IMG/VR virus record: IMGVR_UViG_3300004097_000003
Coordinates: 1,002-65,001 of that record
Source of the DNA: a virus
Strand: one strand, 5' to 3'
Length of the DNA: 64,000 nucleotides
Position numbers and translations under genes: made by a program. The notes under the pieces are model-generated. The model saw only the letters and a program-made list of their open reading frames with translations. It made no database searches and was not told the origin of the DNA. Below, one piece after another: positions 47,220 through 56,212 of the stretch (position 1 is the stretch's first letter; the number at the start of each line of letters is the position of its first letter).

Positions 47220-48215
47220 ATGAATATGTTTTCTTCAGGATTCGACAGATCTTTATCTGAAAGGTTTACAACTCAGCAAGATGGAAGTCACGCCATACTG
47301 CTATACGACTCAGAAAAACCTGCTTCCGTGGATGATGTGGTGTTTAAAACATTGAGTGAGGCTTTAGAGAGTGCTTCCGCTGTAGCTTATGCTAGTATAA
47401 GTAGAACTGCTCCTAACTCTTGCACATTAAGCCAAATAGGGTCTGCAGGTTTATCAAAATTTACAGAACGAACGTTCGTATCGAATGACGATAGTAATGG
47501 TACTGCGGTGTTTGTTAAAAAACCTACTTATATTACGTCTTACTTAAGACCTGAAGGTCCCACGAACGCACAGTTAATTAGTTTGCGTCTATATGGTGGT
47601 GAGTATATTCAGTCAGTCACAGGTGTGAGATCTTGGGGAGAAGGCCGTAGCTTGGAGTATGTCTATGATGATGCTATTCTATTTGATGGACTCTTTATAC
47701 ATTCTAAGGATTTTAATAGCAGAAGTAGTTACCTTACAGACATATACGTATACGCCAGAGATAGTGACGACGATGTTTGGGTACTACAGCAAGTATTTCG
47801 TGACGGTCAGATTCAAGGTAAAAAGTACGCAGTGTTTACCTCACCTTTTACAGCGAAGCAGATTAAATTTAGTATCGTAGCCTACGACTTCGACAACAGA
47901 TATAATTCAAATGACCATACAGCTGACGTATATTCCATAATACCATATACGTCAGCTAGGCCTACGTCTATGGATACAGAGAGTGTCGATCCTAAATGGG
48001 GTATCATGGTATATCCCCCTAGCATCTCAGGTTCGTATAGCTCAGAGTTACGAACGGAAATAAAATCTATGCTTCTCGATGTGGGTTTAACAGGGTCTAA
48101 TGCTGCACTTAGATTTCCTAGTTTACCCCTCAGTGGTACAGATTCAGATGTATTCGAGACTAGGCAAATTGTTTTCGGAGAACTGTTCAATACATGGAAT
48201 GACCCTAGAAGTTAA
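47220..48215 (+). CDS. virion protein, paralog family, with discoidin-like insert
   Basis: ILLYDSEKP start and LDVGLTGSNAAL end shared with neighbours; central F5/8-like beta domain. Confidence 0.6.
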   Translation: MNMFSSGFDRSLSERFTTQQDGSHAILLYDSEKPASVDDVVFKTLSEALESASAVAYASISRTAPNSCTLSQIGSAGLSKFTERTFVSNDDSNGTAVFVKKPTYITSYLRPEGPTNAQLISLRLYGGEYIQSVTGVRSWGEGRSLEYVYDDAILFDGLFIHSKDFNSRSSYLTDIYVYARDSDDDVWVLQQVFRDGQIQGKKYAVFTSPFTAKQIKFSIVAYDFDNRYNSNDHTADVYSIIPYTSARPTSMDTESVDPKWGIMVYPPSISGSYSSELRTEIKSMLLDVGLTGSNAALRFPSLPLSGTDSDVFETRQIVFGELFNTWNDPRS

Positions 48216-48318
48216 GATGGCGTCATTGGACGGCGTATAGTATTGAGTGTGATCAGTCTAGCGCCTTGTAAAATTAACTTAAGTAAGTCTTGTACTTAAA
48301 AGGCTTTTAGGAGATATA

Positions 48319-49596
48319 ATGAGTGTGATAAATGTTCCTGCACTCCAGGATTTACTGCACGTATACCACTCCAATTCAGGTAAATTTCAGATATTCCTTT
48401 TTGAGGGAACTATGCCACAACCATCTGAGATTAAAGCCTGTTTGGATTATGACGATGACTTAGCTGAGGTGTTCAACTTAGCTCCGACAATAGATGCAAT
48501 AGAGAACTTAGGCCCTAAACTCCTATACTATATGAACACTCCATTTACGTCTAATGGGGCAGAAGGTACTGCTAAAGTAGAAAAGTTGCATAACAAGTTA
48601 AAGTTCTCTATGGGTGAAGCTAGCACAGACCAAGCATTTGCGGTAGTGGACGGCACTGCGACCTTTGCTGTTATGGCGTGGACTAGTAGTGACGCACTTC
48701 CCCTAAAAACTACAAGCTATGGAATGTTAGTAGGATCGTTTGGCTTGGAAGGCTCAGGCTGTGACTTCGAAGGCTCGTCTGACGTTATTATAGGCTCCGC
48801 GACTATAATATTTTCCGATTTGGAGTTAAGATTACGTGAAGGGTCAGACCCTTTAGCTTTTGTAGATTTTACAGGGCTGGGCCAAGAAACAAGGCAATGG
48901 ATTGGGATGACCCAGCACGGCTCTGACGTATTCGCTTGCGATAAGTCTTTCGTATATAAGCAGACAGGAGGTACAGGCGACTTCGTAGTAACTGCTTTTG
49001 CGGAGATGGATTGGACAGATCTAACATCTCTAAATGGCCAATTGTATGGCTGTGTAGGTGGTGCTGGAGGTTCGGGTGCTATATATAAGATGAATACTAT
49101 TACTAATGCTATAGTGGTACAAGGAGGTCCCATAGACGCACAATGGGTTTGCCTTACGTCAGATGGTACCGACGTATATGCTGCTGCTTTCCAAGGATTA
49201 GTATATAAGCAGACAGGAGGTACGGGCGACTTCACATCAATTAATACAGAAATCCAAGATTGGGGAGGTTTAGCAATACATGAAGGTAGTTTGTATGGAG
49301 CTACCTTAGCCTCTATTATGGTATACAATGAAGATTCCGTAAACTTCGAAGCTATGACAGGCTTTCCTGAGCTAGCCTACTACGATGACCTAGAGAGCAC
49401 ACCTTCGGGTCTTTATGTCGCATGTAAGCAGTCTACTTATGCAGGTATATGGAGACTTCAATTAGATTCAGATACCTCAGGTCTTGCGATCCATAGACCT
49501 TATACAAGTGCTTGTAGATCTTTGTCTCTTACGGAGTACGGATTGTACATCGGAACGGATAATGATATCCATGTATCAATAGGTGAACCTATTTAA
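48319..49596 (+). CDS. virion protein, paralog family, fused to a six-bladed beta-propeller
   Basis: IFLFEGTMP, GTATF, GSFGLEGSGCD; six blades of about 41 aa in the C-terminal half. Confidence 0.7.
   Translation: MSVINVPALQDLLHVYHSNSGKFQIFLFEGTMPQPSEIKACLDYDDDLAEVFNLAPTIDAIENLGPKLLYYMNTPFTSNGAEGTAKVEKLHNKLKFSMGEASTDQAFAVVDGTATFAVMAWTSSDALPLKTTSYGMLVGSFGLEGSGCDFEGSSDVIIGSATIIFSDLELRLREGSDPLAFVDFTGLGQETRQWIGMTQHGSDVFACDKSFVYKQTGGTGDFVVTAFAEMDWTDLTSLNGQLYGCVGGAGGSGAIYKMNTITNAIVVQGGPIDAQWVCLTSDGTDVYAAAFQGLVYKQTGGTGDFTSINTEIQDWGGLAIHEGSLYGATLASIMVYNEDSVNFEAMTGFPELAYYDDLESTPSGLYVACKQSTYAGIWRLQLDSDTSGLAIHRPYTSACRSLSLTEYGLYIGTDNDIHVSIGEPI
48952..49233 (+). repeat. 33-nt direct repeat (48952-48984 and 49201-49233, one mismatch) encoding VYKQTGGTGDF
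   Basis: gtatataagcagacaggaggtac(a/g)ggcgacttc. Confidence 0.9.
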
Positions 49597-49698
49597 CAAT
49601 AAGATAATTTAATATAGTGATACGTTCTTGTAGCACTTGTAAAAACATGGGGGTTGTTCGCATAGACCCCAAATTTTAAACTATAATGGAATCACATT

Positions 49699-50637
49699 AT
49701 GTATTTAGATAATGCTTATCAATTTTCGTACGGACTTGCTTCAAGTCCTTTTAGATCTTCATGGGGCTTGGCTCTATTCGCTGGCGCCGTTCCAGAGAAC
49801 ATCGAGGGCGTATCATTTGATATGTCTAAGGCAGACGAGGTATTTAAGAATGCCGAGTGTCAGATGAATATAGATGCTTCAATAATTAACGGAGACAGCG
49901 TTCGTTTCTTACGTGGCAATACCTTAGGTGATACGTTACTACAAAACAAGATCCACTTCTTCGATGAAGTACTTGCTACGTGGTACTTCATCCCACAGGA
50001 AGCGAACGTGTTATCTACACTTAAAGATACGTTCCTTATACAAGATAAACTTACATTCATGTCTGGGTACGGCTCTATATTTAACCCAGAAACTACTACG
50101 GCCATCGATTTTGACGCCGCTTTAGATGATCCTAAGAACTTAGAGATAGAGTATGTCTTCAATGAAGAAGTTACAGTTTCAGCCATTCATGCTAAAGCAG
50201 CTAATGCGGCAGCCTTAGGTACTACTCTACATGTGTTCGTTCGTGACGCGGGTGATACTACGTGGACTGAAATCGGCACAGGCCTTACTAATGCTTTCTC
50301 GGGATTACTTGAGTTAGGCGATAGTGCTACAGGTACTAAATTTAAAGTTGTTTCGACTTGTACTAATAAACACAGTATTGCTACCTTACTTCTATGTGGT
50401 GACACAGATCCTACTCAATCTGCGCGACCTCCTGTAACATGGGCAATGATATACCCTCTAGTAAATCCATCATCAGTATATGAAGTGTCTAAAGAGCTTC
50501 CTGTTATTATTATGGATGCAGGTGGACCTGAAGTACAACTACCGTTAACGTTGAATAGCGCTACAGCTATAGCGGAAATCCCATTCAACGTAATTAACCT
50601 TAAAATCAGTTCACCTTACCTAGAGGAGACAGTATAA
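49699..50637 (+). CDS. virion protein, paralog family, with discoidin-like insert
   Basis: LALFAGAVP; VTVSAIHA..WTEI..TKFKVV insert; IIMDAGG end. Confidence 0.65.
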   Translation: MYLDNAYQFSYGLASSPFRSSWGLALFAGAVPENIEGVSFDMSKADEVFKNAECQMNIDASIINGDSVRFLRGNTLGDTLLQNKIHFFDEVLATWYFIPQEANVLSTLKDTFLIQDKLTFMSGYGSIFNPETTTAIDFDAALDDPKNLEIEYVFNEEVTVSAIHAKAANAAALGTTLHVFVRDAGDTTWTEIGTGLTNAFSGLLELGDSATGTKFKVVSTCTNKHSIATLLLCGDTDPTQSARPPVTWAMIYPLVNPSSVYEVSKELPVIIMDAGGPEVQLPLTLNSATAIAEIPFNVINLKISSPYLEETV

Positions 50638-51152
50638 TGATAAAGATATCTGAATCAATTAAGGTAGGATACACCCATAGCGTCCTAACCTCGGATAGTC
50701 AGAGCCATAACATAATGTTCTTTGAAGGCGTTATGCCTACTCGTGCTGAGTACCTGGCCCTAGTCTCTCCGTTCAGATCCTTAGGCCTGTTAAGCATGTC
50801 GGATCTACTTAATGCAATCGTATCACATGATGCGAGTAACGCTATTTTAGGATATGTATATACGGCGGCTACCGTTAAACCTAAACGTCTTAGTCCAGAC
50901 CGTACGTCGTTCCCTTTCTCTAATAGTCAAGCGGATTTGACGTGGAGAAAAGATGGAACCTTAGGTTTCTTCGTTTTAGCTCTAGGTCCTACGGTAAATA
51001 CAGACCTGACAACTTCGAAAGGAGTTAAATCTGTTATTATAGGCACGGCTGGTGATGTAGGTAGTGGGGCGGATATCGAACTTCTTGGTGGTAATATTGA
51101 GCAAAACCAAGAATACAGAATTAACGATATCGTAGTACAGTTAAACACTTAA
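50637..51152 (+). CDS. virion protein, paralog family (171 aa)
   Basis: MIKISESI, IMFFEGVMP, GTAGDVGSGADIEL. Confidence 0.7.
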   Translation: MIKISESIKVGYTHSVLTSDSQSHNIMFFEGVMPTRAEYLALVSPFRSLGLLSMSDLLNAIVSHDASNAILGYVYTAATVKPKRLSPDRTSFPFSNSQADLTWRKDGTLGFFVLALGPTVNTDLTTSKGVKSVIIGTAGDVGSGADIELLGGNIEQNQEYRINDIVVQLNT

Positions 51153-51164
51153 CGGGGATTATGT

Positions 51165-51947
51165 ATGGGACTTCTAGCAGTCATCAATGACGTATTTGGT
51201 TTGAATGAGCCCGGTGTGTTCTCCATGAATATGGTACCACTGAATACCGTGTTAGAGTCAGATAACATAACTTCATTTAGTCTTAACAGTGCTTTGCGTC
51301 CTATGGATATCGGGTTTGAGATTGATTATGGAGTACCTACATTCTCCCTAATCAACGAAACGGTTGTTGGTGATGAAAATCGCTATACGACCGTTTCGGC
51401 ATTTACTCTCTTGCAGGGTGAGTTTGACCCGCATACAGATTATGATTACTCAAACTTCCGGATAAGTACACCACTAAGCCGGAGCGTGTTCATTGGGGCG
51501 AAGGCGACTACCTTAGAAGGATATTCAATAACGGATATACTTTATAAGGATATAAACCTGGACGTTAACGTTACTCTCATTAGTCTTACGAGAATAGCTT
51601 ATGCTACTTTCTCAGGACTACCTTTAATCCCAGAACTTATATTGTCCTTTTTAGCTTTAGATGAACTAGTTTCAGACCAACAGTCACCTGACCCAGATAC
51701 ATCAGTCAGACCTACTATTAGTAGTAGCTGTACGTTAGACCTAGTCGATCCTAAAGAGGATGTATCTATAAGAGTTTTAGGTGCGAACGAAGTAGGGATT
51801 AGCACGCAAAGTGTAGCGAGCGAAAATACCAACATTCTCTCTAGCAGGGATGTTGAATTAGAGTCAGCTAAACTTGCTGCAGGTACACTCTCCCTATTAG
51901 GGGACGTTGTAGTTATGTATGATGATGGACTTGTTACTTACGTATAA
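51165..51947 (+). CDS. putative virion protein (260 aa)
   Basis: Acidic, beta-rich ORF within the structural block. Confidence 0.6.
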   Translation: MGLLAVINDVFGLNEPGVFSMNMVPLNTVLESDNITSFSLNSALRPMDIGFEIDYGVPTFSLINETVVGDENRYTTVSAFTLLQGEFDPHTDYDYSNFRISTPLSRSVFIGAKATTLEGYSITDILYKDINLDVNVTLISLTRIAYATFSGLPLIPELILSFLALDELVSDQQSPDPDTSVRPTISSSCTLDLVDPKEDVSIRVLGANEVGISTQSVASENTNILSSRDVELESAKLAAGTLSLLGDVVVMYDDGLVTYV

Positions 51948-51996
51948 CAGCGATTGGGTTTCTTAGGAAGCCCAATCTTATTATCTTGGAGTAAAT

Positions 51997-52473
51997 ATGA
52001 GCGGGTTAGCGAGCACAAGCCTGCCTATCAAAGGCGGCATAAGTCTTTGGATATTCGATACCATAGATGTATTTAGTGAATACCAGTTTGATAAGGTAAT
52101 GCAGAATGTCCTTGAAGGTTCAGTAGATTTAGTGGTAAGATTTGAACCTGGGAGTATTGCCTTATCCAACTTAGGAGACATGAATTGGATAGACCCTGAT
52201 CATCAAGTATCAACATTTCATGTTACAGTAGATAGATTAAAACCATTAGAGTCTAACGATAGTTATATCTCTAATTATGACGTTATTGGCACTAGATATC
52301 CGACTGGTGACTTATACTTTAATGTAAACGTAGGTAATGAATTTACCCATGACATTATCACAATAGAGTCCGAAGACGTAATCTTTAACGCGGAATACGT
52401 AGGCGGCAGTATAATACTGCAGGTTACAATTCCCGAAACACCAGTAACAGACGAAATAATAACCTTTGAATAG
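51997..52473 (+). CDS. putative virion protein (158 aa)
   Basis: GGAG RBS; FNVNVGNEF..DIITI end loosely resembles the paralog family. Confidence 0.6.
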   Translation: MSGLASTSLPIKGGISLWIFDTIDVFSEYQFDKVMQNVLEGSVDLVVRFEPGSIALSNLGDMNWIDPDHQVSTFHVTVDRLKPLESNDSYISNYDVIGTRYPTGDLYFNVNVGNEFTHDIITIESEDVIFNAEYVGGSIILQVTIPETPVTDEIITFE

Positions 52474-52483
52474 GACTGACGAA

Positions 52484-53026
52484 ATGATTAAAGTGTCAAA
52501 AAGTATAGCTGCTGCCAATATAGTAAGATTAATAGACCAGGCTTTTTATACAGGGGTCTATGTGTTTGAAACCCCTGAAGGTGGTATTACCGATGCCCAA
52601 AAAGATGCAGCCTTAGATGCAGCACGTAGCACAAAAGGTTTAATAACACCTTCCGCCCTAAAACAGTCTTTAAATGATCTAGGATGTAAGGTGTTAGCAG
52701 GTAATGGTTACTATAAAAATGATTGTCCTTGGTACCAACCTGCACATAATAAATTAATCATAGGTTTCTCAGGAGCGGTAGCAGCAGATCCCTTAAAATT
52801 CATAGAAGAAGGTAAGATGTCAATGGCAGTCGTATTAGCTGCTTCTAATTCTGGGGTAGGTTCCAATTACCCTGGGATGACATACGGCGGAGATACGGTA
52901 GGTACAGCTTTCTTTTTTGACGTAGGTGAAATAGATAGCGAATCTGATTTGGAATTCCTAGAACTTGACGTGACCTCTGAATCAGCAATAGCCGTTAATG
53001 ACATATCGTTGACGCTCGGAGTATAG
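52484..53026 (+). CDS. virion protein, paralog family
   Basis: Start 52484 (MIKVSKSI, cf. MIKISESI); FFFDVGEIDSESDLEF. Confidence 0.7.
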   Translation: MIKVSKSIAAANIVRLIDQAFYTGVYVFETPEGGITDAQKDAALDAARSTKGLITPSALKQSLNDLGCKVLAGNGYYKNDCPWYQPAHNKLIIGFSGAVAADPLKFIEEGKMSMAVVLAASNSGVGSNYPGMTYGGDTVGTAFFFDVGEIDSESDLEFLELDVTSESAIAVNDISLTLGV

Positions 53027-53034
53027 GGCATTAC

Positions 53035-53064
53035 GCGAGCGTGGTATTAAGTCTCGCTCGCTTT
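53035..53064 (+). terminator. probable terminator hairpin
   Basis: GCGAGCG...CGCTCGC stem followed by TTT and an AT-rich tract. Confidence 0.5.
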
Positions 53065-53109
53065 ATATAATTTATATGTAAGTTAAATCAAAAAGCAATA
53101 GGATACTAT

Positions 53110-53361
53110 ATGTTAATGCAAAATTTCGGTGGTCTCAGAGCAGTAGGTGAGAAGGCCTCAATAATGATCCGTTTGACGTCTGAGAGTAAGGGACTTAGTG
53201 AGATGCAAGAGGCTTACCAAGCTGTCTTACAAGGGCTTTTGACCGAAAAGGGTATAGAGTCTCCTTTTGACTCTCAAGATGCCACACAGATAAAGGCGTT
53301 CTTTGACGAAGCATCTAGACGATGGAAGAACTATATAGCTGATAATAGTATAGCGGTGTAA
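53110..53361 (+). CDS. prohead core-like small protein
   Basis: YQAVLQGLLTEKGIESPFD...IKAFFDEASRRW resembles the K.GV.SP..L....K.FF..VD..W motif of T4-like prohead core proteins. Confidence 0.4.
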   Translation: MLMQNFGGLRAVGEKASIMIRLTSESKGLSEMQEAYQAVLQGLLTEKGIESPFDSQDATQIKAFFDEASRRWKNYIADNSIAV

Positions 53362-53378
53362 TCCGGGAGTTAATACCT

Positions 53379-53690
53379 ATGGAAGAAATTGAAGTAGGAG
53401 CCTTACTAGGTTACATTACGGATTATTCATGGGGTTACATCGTCCTAGCCTTCATGTCATGGGCCAGCGGCGTGATAGTACACTATATAAAAAAGTGTAA
53501 GCGGGACGATATCTCTTTCATCGAGTACTGGACCAGTCATATTGATGCAAGTATATCAAGCATAGCGCTAGGCTTAGTTGCCTTCATCACAACATTAACG
53601 AATGAGCCTAATGCCAGTATTCTTACTTATTTTGGAATAGGCTACGCCATAGATAGCATGATAAACAAAGCTAAAGGCAAGAATCATTAA
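53379..53690 (+). CDS. holin-like membrane protein (103 aa)
   Basis: 2-3 TM segments, basic C-terminus, heads the lysis cluster. Confidence 0.55.
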   Translation: MEEIEVGALLGYITDYSWGYIVLAFMSWASGVIVHYIKKCKRDDISFIEYWTSHIDASISSIALGLVAFITTLTNEPNASILTYFGIGYAIDSMINKAKGKNH

Positions 53691-53769
53691 GATCGAAAAA
53701 GCATAATAACCTCTCTGGCTTAGGTCAGACAAATTCGTATTCAATAATACATATTAAAGGAGTATACTC

Positions 53770-54129
53770 ATGACTGAATTAAAAACACCAGTTACCCAAA
53801 AGAAAGCTATTCTAGATAAACTGGATGATACAAAAAGTAGAAGTTGGTTAAAATGGGTTCTAATCATCTTAGTTGCTGTAGGTAGTGCCTTATTTCTGAT
53901 GATGGGAGATAGACGTAGTAGTCAAATGTTAAATCAACGGAAGAAAGAAATCCATACCAGACAAAAAGATGCTAAGATAGACATGGTAGTTAATAGTCGT
54001 GAGGCTATAGATAACCAGGAAGAGAAGATAGAGCAAGTCCGCCAGGAGTATGCAACTAAGACAGAGAAGATTAAAGGTCTTAGTACAGAAAATGAAGTAT
54101 TTACTTCTTGGGAAGATGGAGCCACGTAA
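53770..54129 (+). CDS. i-spanin-like membrane protein
   Basis: Single TM (WVLIILVAVGSALFLMM) followed by a coiled coil; directly upstream of a lipoprotein. Confidence 0.5.
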   Translation: MTELKTPVTQKKAILDKLDDTKSRSWLKWVLIILVAVGSALFLMMGDRRSSQMLNQRKKEIHTRQKDAKIDMVVNSREAIDNQEEKIEQVRQEYATKTEKIKGLSTENEVFTSWEDGAT

Positions 54130-54611
54130 TGAAGAAATTATTTTTTACTGCCTTAATCTTGTCAGTCCTTACCGGCTGCATGTCCCCTCCTGAGTTCCCT
54201 GTATCGGACTTACGTATTAGCAATATGCCGAACTTAGAAGGTCAGGTAATAGACGCTATAGCTGTTCCAGATAAACCTAAAGGTGCGCTTGAGAGTATCG
54301 TATCAGATGATGGGACTCAAGGTAAAGTACTAACATTCAATAGTGCAGAAGTTAAAAGATTATTGGCTATACACAATGCGGCGGAAGGTAATGCCAAACT
54401 CGTTAAAGAAATGAATAAGCTCCTTTCTATGTATGTGCAGCAAGCTAATATGATTAAAGATTTAGCAGAATTAGAGGAAGCCCGTTCAGCTCGCCTTGAG
54501 TCGGATTTAGCTTACTCTGATTATAAACTTAAAGAGCAGCAGTTGGAAAGCAAAATTGAAACATGGAGCTGGAAGATAGTTGCATTCATAGCACTGGCCG
54601 TAGGATTGTAA
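54129..54611 (+). CDS. spanin-like lipoprotein with hydrophobic C-terminus
   Basis: Start 54129 (TAATG); lipobox VLTG-C17; coiled coil; ends WKIVAFIALAVGL. Confidence 0.6.
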   Translation: MKKLFFTALILSVLTGCMSPPEFPVSDLRISNMPNLEGQVIDAIAVPDKPKGALESIVSDDGTQGKVLTFNSAEVKRLLAIHNAAEGNAKLVKEMNKLLSMYVQQANMIKDLAELEEARSARLESDLAYSDYKLKEQQLESKIETWSWKIVAFIALAVGL

Positions 54612-54613
54612 TA

Positions 54614-54952
54614 ATGATTAGAAATTTAAACCGAGAGAACCTGTACGCACGATGTTTCCGTTTTGTTTTTGTTCTAATAGCATTAGGGCTAGTCTACTTT
54701 ATATTTAGTACAAGCCCTAATGTGAAGTTCCCGTTAATGTTACATAAGTTGAGTATGGTGACAGTAGCTGCCATCATAGGTTACTTCTTAGATTACATAC
54801 TTTTCCCGAACTTTAGACCAGGAGATTTGGCTAAAGTCATTGAGGATGAAAAATATCCTACTAGGGGTCTGTATCAGCTTGTAGGTATGTGCAACATACG
54901 TAGAGCGATTATCATCGTAGGTATGATAATTGGAGTTAGTCAAGGAGTATAG
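54614..54952 (+). CDS. holin, 2/3-TM family
   Basis: HKLSMVTVAAIIGYFLDYILFP..RP and IRRAIIIVG match the Holin_2-3 consensus. Confidence 0.8.
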   Translation: MIRNLNRENLYARCFRFVFVLIALGLVYFIFSTSPNVKFPLMLHKLSMVTVAAIIGYFLDYILFPNFRPGDLAKVIEDEKYPTRGLYQLVGMCNIRRAIIIVGMIIGVSQGV

Positions 54953-54958
54953 ATTATT

Positions 54959-55633
54959 ATGATAAAGCCAGCCCTTGTTCTGGCTTTTTCTGTTTTTGTG
55001 GTAGGATGTACTACTGAGAAGCAGAAGAGCCCGACACCCGTAGAAGAAAAGCCTTATACTTTAGTTTGGGTCGAGAGCACCCAGTCTATACCTAGCAATG
55101 CTAACCAGTATAAGGCTGATATAATTAGACATGCCCAAGCGACTTTTGGGATCAATGCACCTATAAGTATACTGGCCGCACAGATTCATAAAGAGAGTAC
55201 ATGGAGAGAGGACGCCAAGAGTCCTTACGCCGAAGGCTTAGCTCAATTTACACCACAGACGGAAGAGCACGTTAAGAACAAATATCCTGTGTTATCGTAT
55301 GGTGATGCACTAAATCCTATATGGTCTATACAGGCTCAGATGCTATACGACAATGAGCTTAAAACTAAAGTAGATGCCATAGACGAGTGTAACGACTGGG
55401 CCTTAACATTTGCAATGTATAACGGAGGTAGTGGTTGGATATGGAAAGAGAAAAATCTAGCAGAAGCTTCCGGGGTAGACAGGAATCAATATTTTGATGG
55501 AGTTGAGAATTTTAATGGAGGACGTAGATTAAGTGCTAAGAAAGAAAACAGAGACTATCCTAGAAAGATAATACTAGAATTACAGATGATGTACCAAGAG
55601 GGAGGTTGGTCTGGAGTCATAATCTGTGATTAG
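54959..55633 (+). CDS. SLT-family lytic transglycosylase endolysin with lipoprotein signal
   Basis: AAQIHKES (catalytic Glu), AEGLAQF, AMYNGG, ENRDYP; lipobox FVVG-C17. Confidence 0.9.
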   Translation: MIKPALVLAFSVFVVGCTTEKQKSPTPVEEKPYTLVWVESTQSIPSNANQYKADIIRHAQATFGINAPISILAAQIHKESTWREDAKSPYAEGLAQFTPQTEEHVKNKYPVLSYGDALNPIWSIQAQMLYDNELKTKVDAIDECNDWALTFAMYNGGSGWIWKEKNLAEASGVDRNQYFDGVENFNGGRRLSAKKENRDYPRKIILELQMMYQEGGWSGVIICD

Positions 55634-55654
55634 GGGGATTGGTTTTAAATCCCC
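55634..55654. terminator. hairpin between convergent gene blocks
   Basis: GGGGATT-GGTTTTA-AATCCCC between stops at 55633 and 55660. Confidence 0.6.
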
Positions 55655-55659
55655 TCCAT

Positions 55660-56181
55660 CTAGTAACTTGATGTATCACTACTGCCTACCATTGCAGGCA
55701 GGCGGTTGATAAGTTCTTTGACTTTCAATGCGGCCTTAGGGGGATTGTCTGATAGTATATCCTCAAGTTTACACATAGTAGTTTTCTCCAAGTCCTCTTT
55801 AGAATACAAACGGTTATGATAACTCCATAGTTCTATATTGAAGTCTATAAGCAACTTTCTCACATTAGAACCGTGAGTCTCGTACCGGGCTAGTAAGCAA
55901 ACGGGGTCAACGTCGAATTTCTCGGCAATACCCATCAAGGTCAGTGTTGTATCTCCATAGTTAATGTTAATGGATCTAGATCTCTCCTCTAACCCGTATA
56001 GCACGAATATAGATTGAAGGTCACTCTCATCAAGATCCATACCACGTATGATCTCTAAAGGGTTAGTACTATTTGAGGCGACAGCAATAAGTTTAGCGTA
56101 TATTGGATTACTCATTGATTGCATCTCAAGATGCGCACAGGTTAGAGAACGTTTTATTTTCTTAGTAACAGTGGTTTGCAT
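55660..56181 (-). CDS. hypothetical protein (173 aa)
   Basis: ORF; short HTH-like segment YGDTTLTLMGIAEKFDVDP. Confidence 0.65.
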   Translation of the reverse strand: MQTTVTKKIKRSLTCAHLEMQSMSNPIYAKLIAVASNSTNPLEIIRGMDLDESDLQSIFVLYGLEERSRSININYGDTTLTLMGIAEKFDVDPVCLLARYETHGSNVRKLLIDFNIELWSYHNRLYSKEDLEKTTMCKLEDILSDNPPKAALKVKELINRLPAMVGSSDTSSY

Positions 56182-56212
56182 GGTCTATTCCTTTTTAAAG
56201 CAGGCCAGATAC

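Noticed and set aside
48717-49328. 203-aa antisense ORF with repeated PVPPVCLYT
   Set aside because: Mirror of the repeated propeller blades on the + strand.
17138-55633. Stop-codon recoding (many structural genes end in TAG)
   Set aside because: Genes are full length under code 11 and TAG is usually followed closely by the next RBS/ATG; no fragmentation pattern.
55660-56181. HNH homing endonuclease
   Set aside because: Only a short HTH-like segment resembles HNH-associated DNA-binding modules; no HNH catalytic motif is visible.
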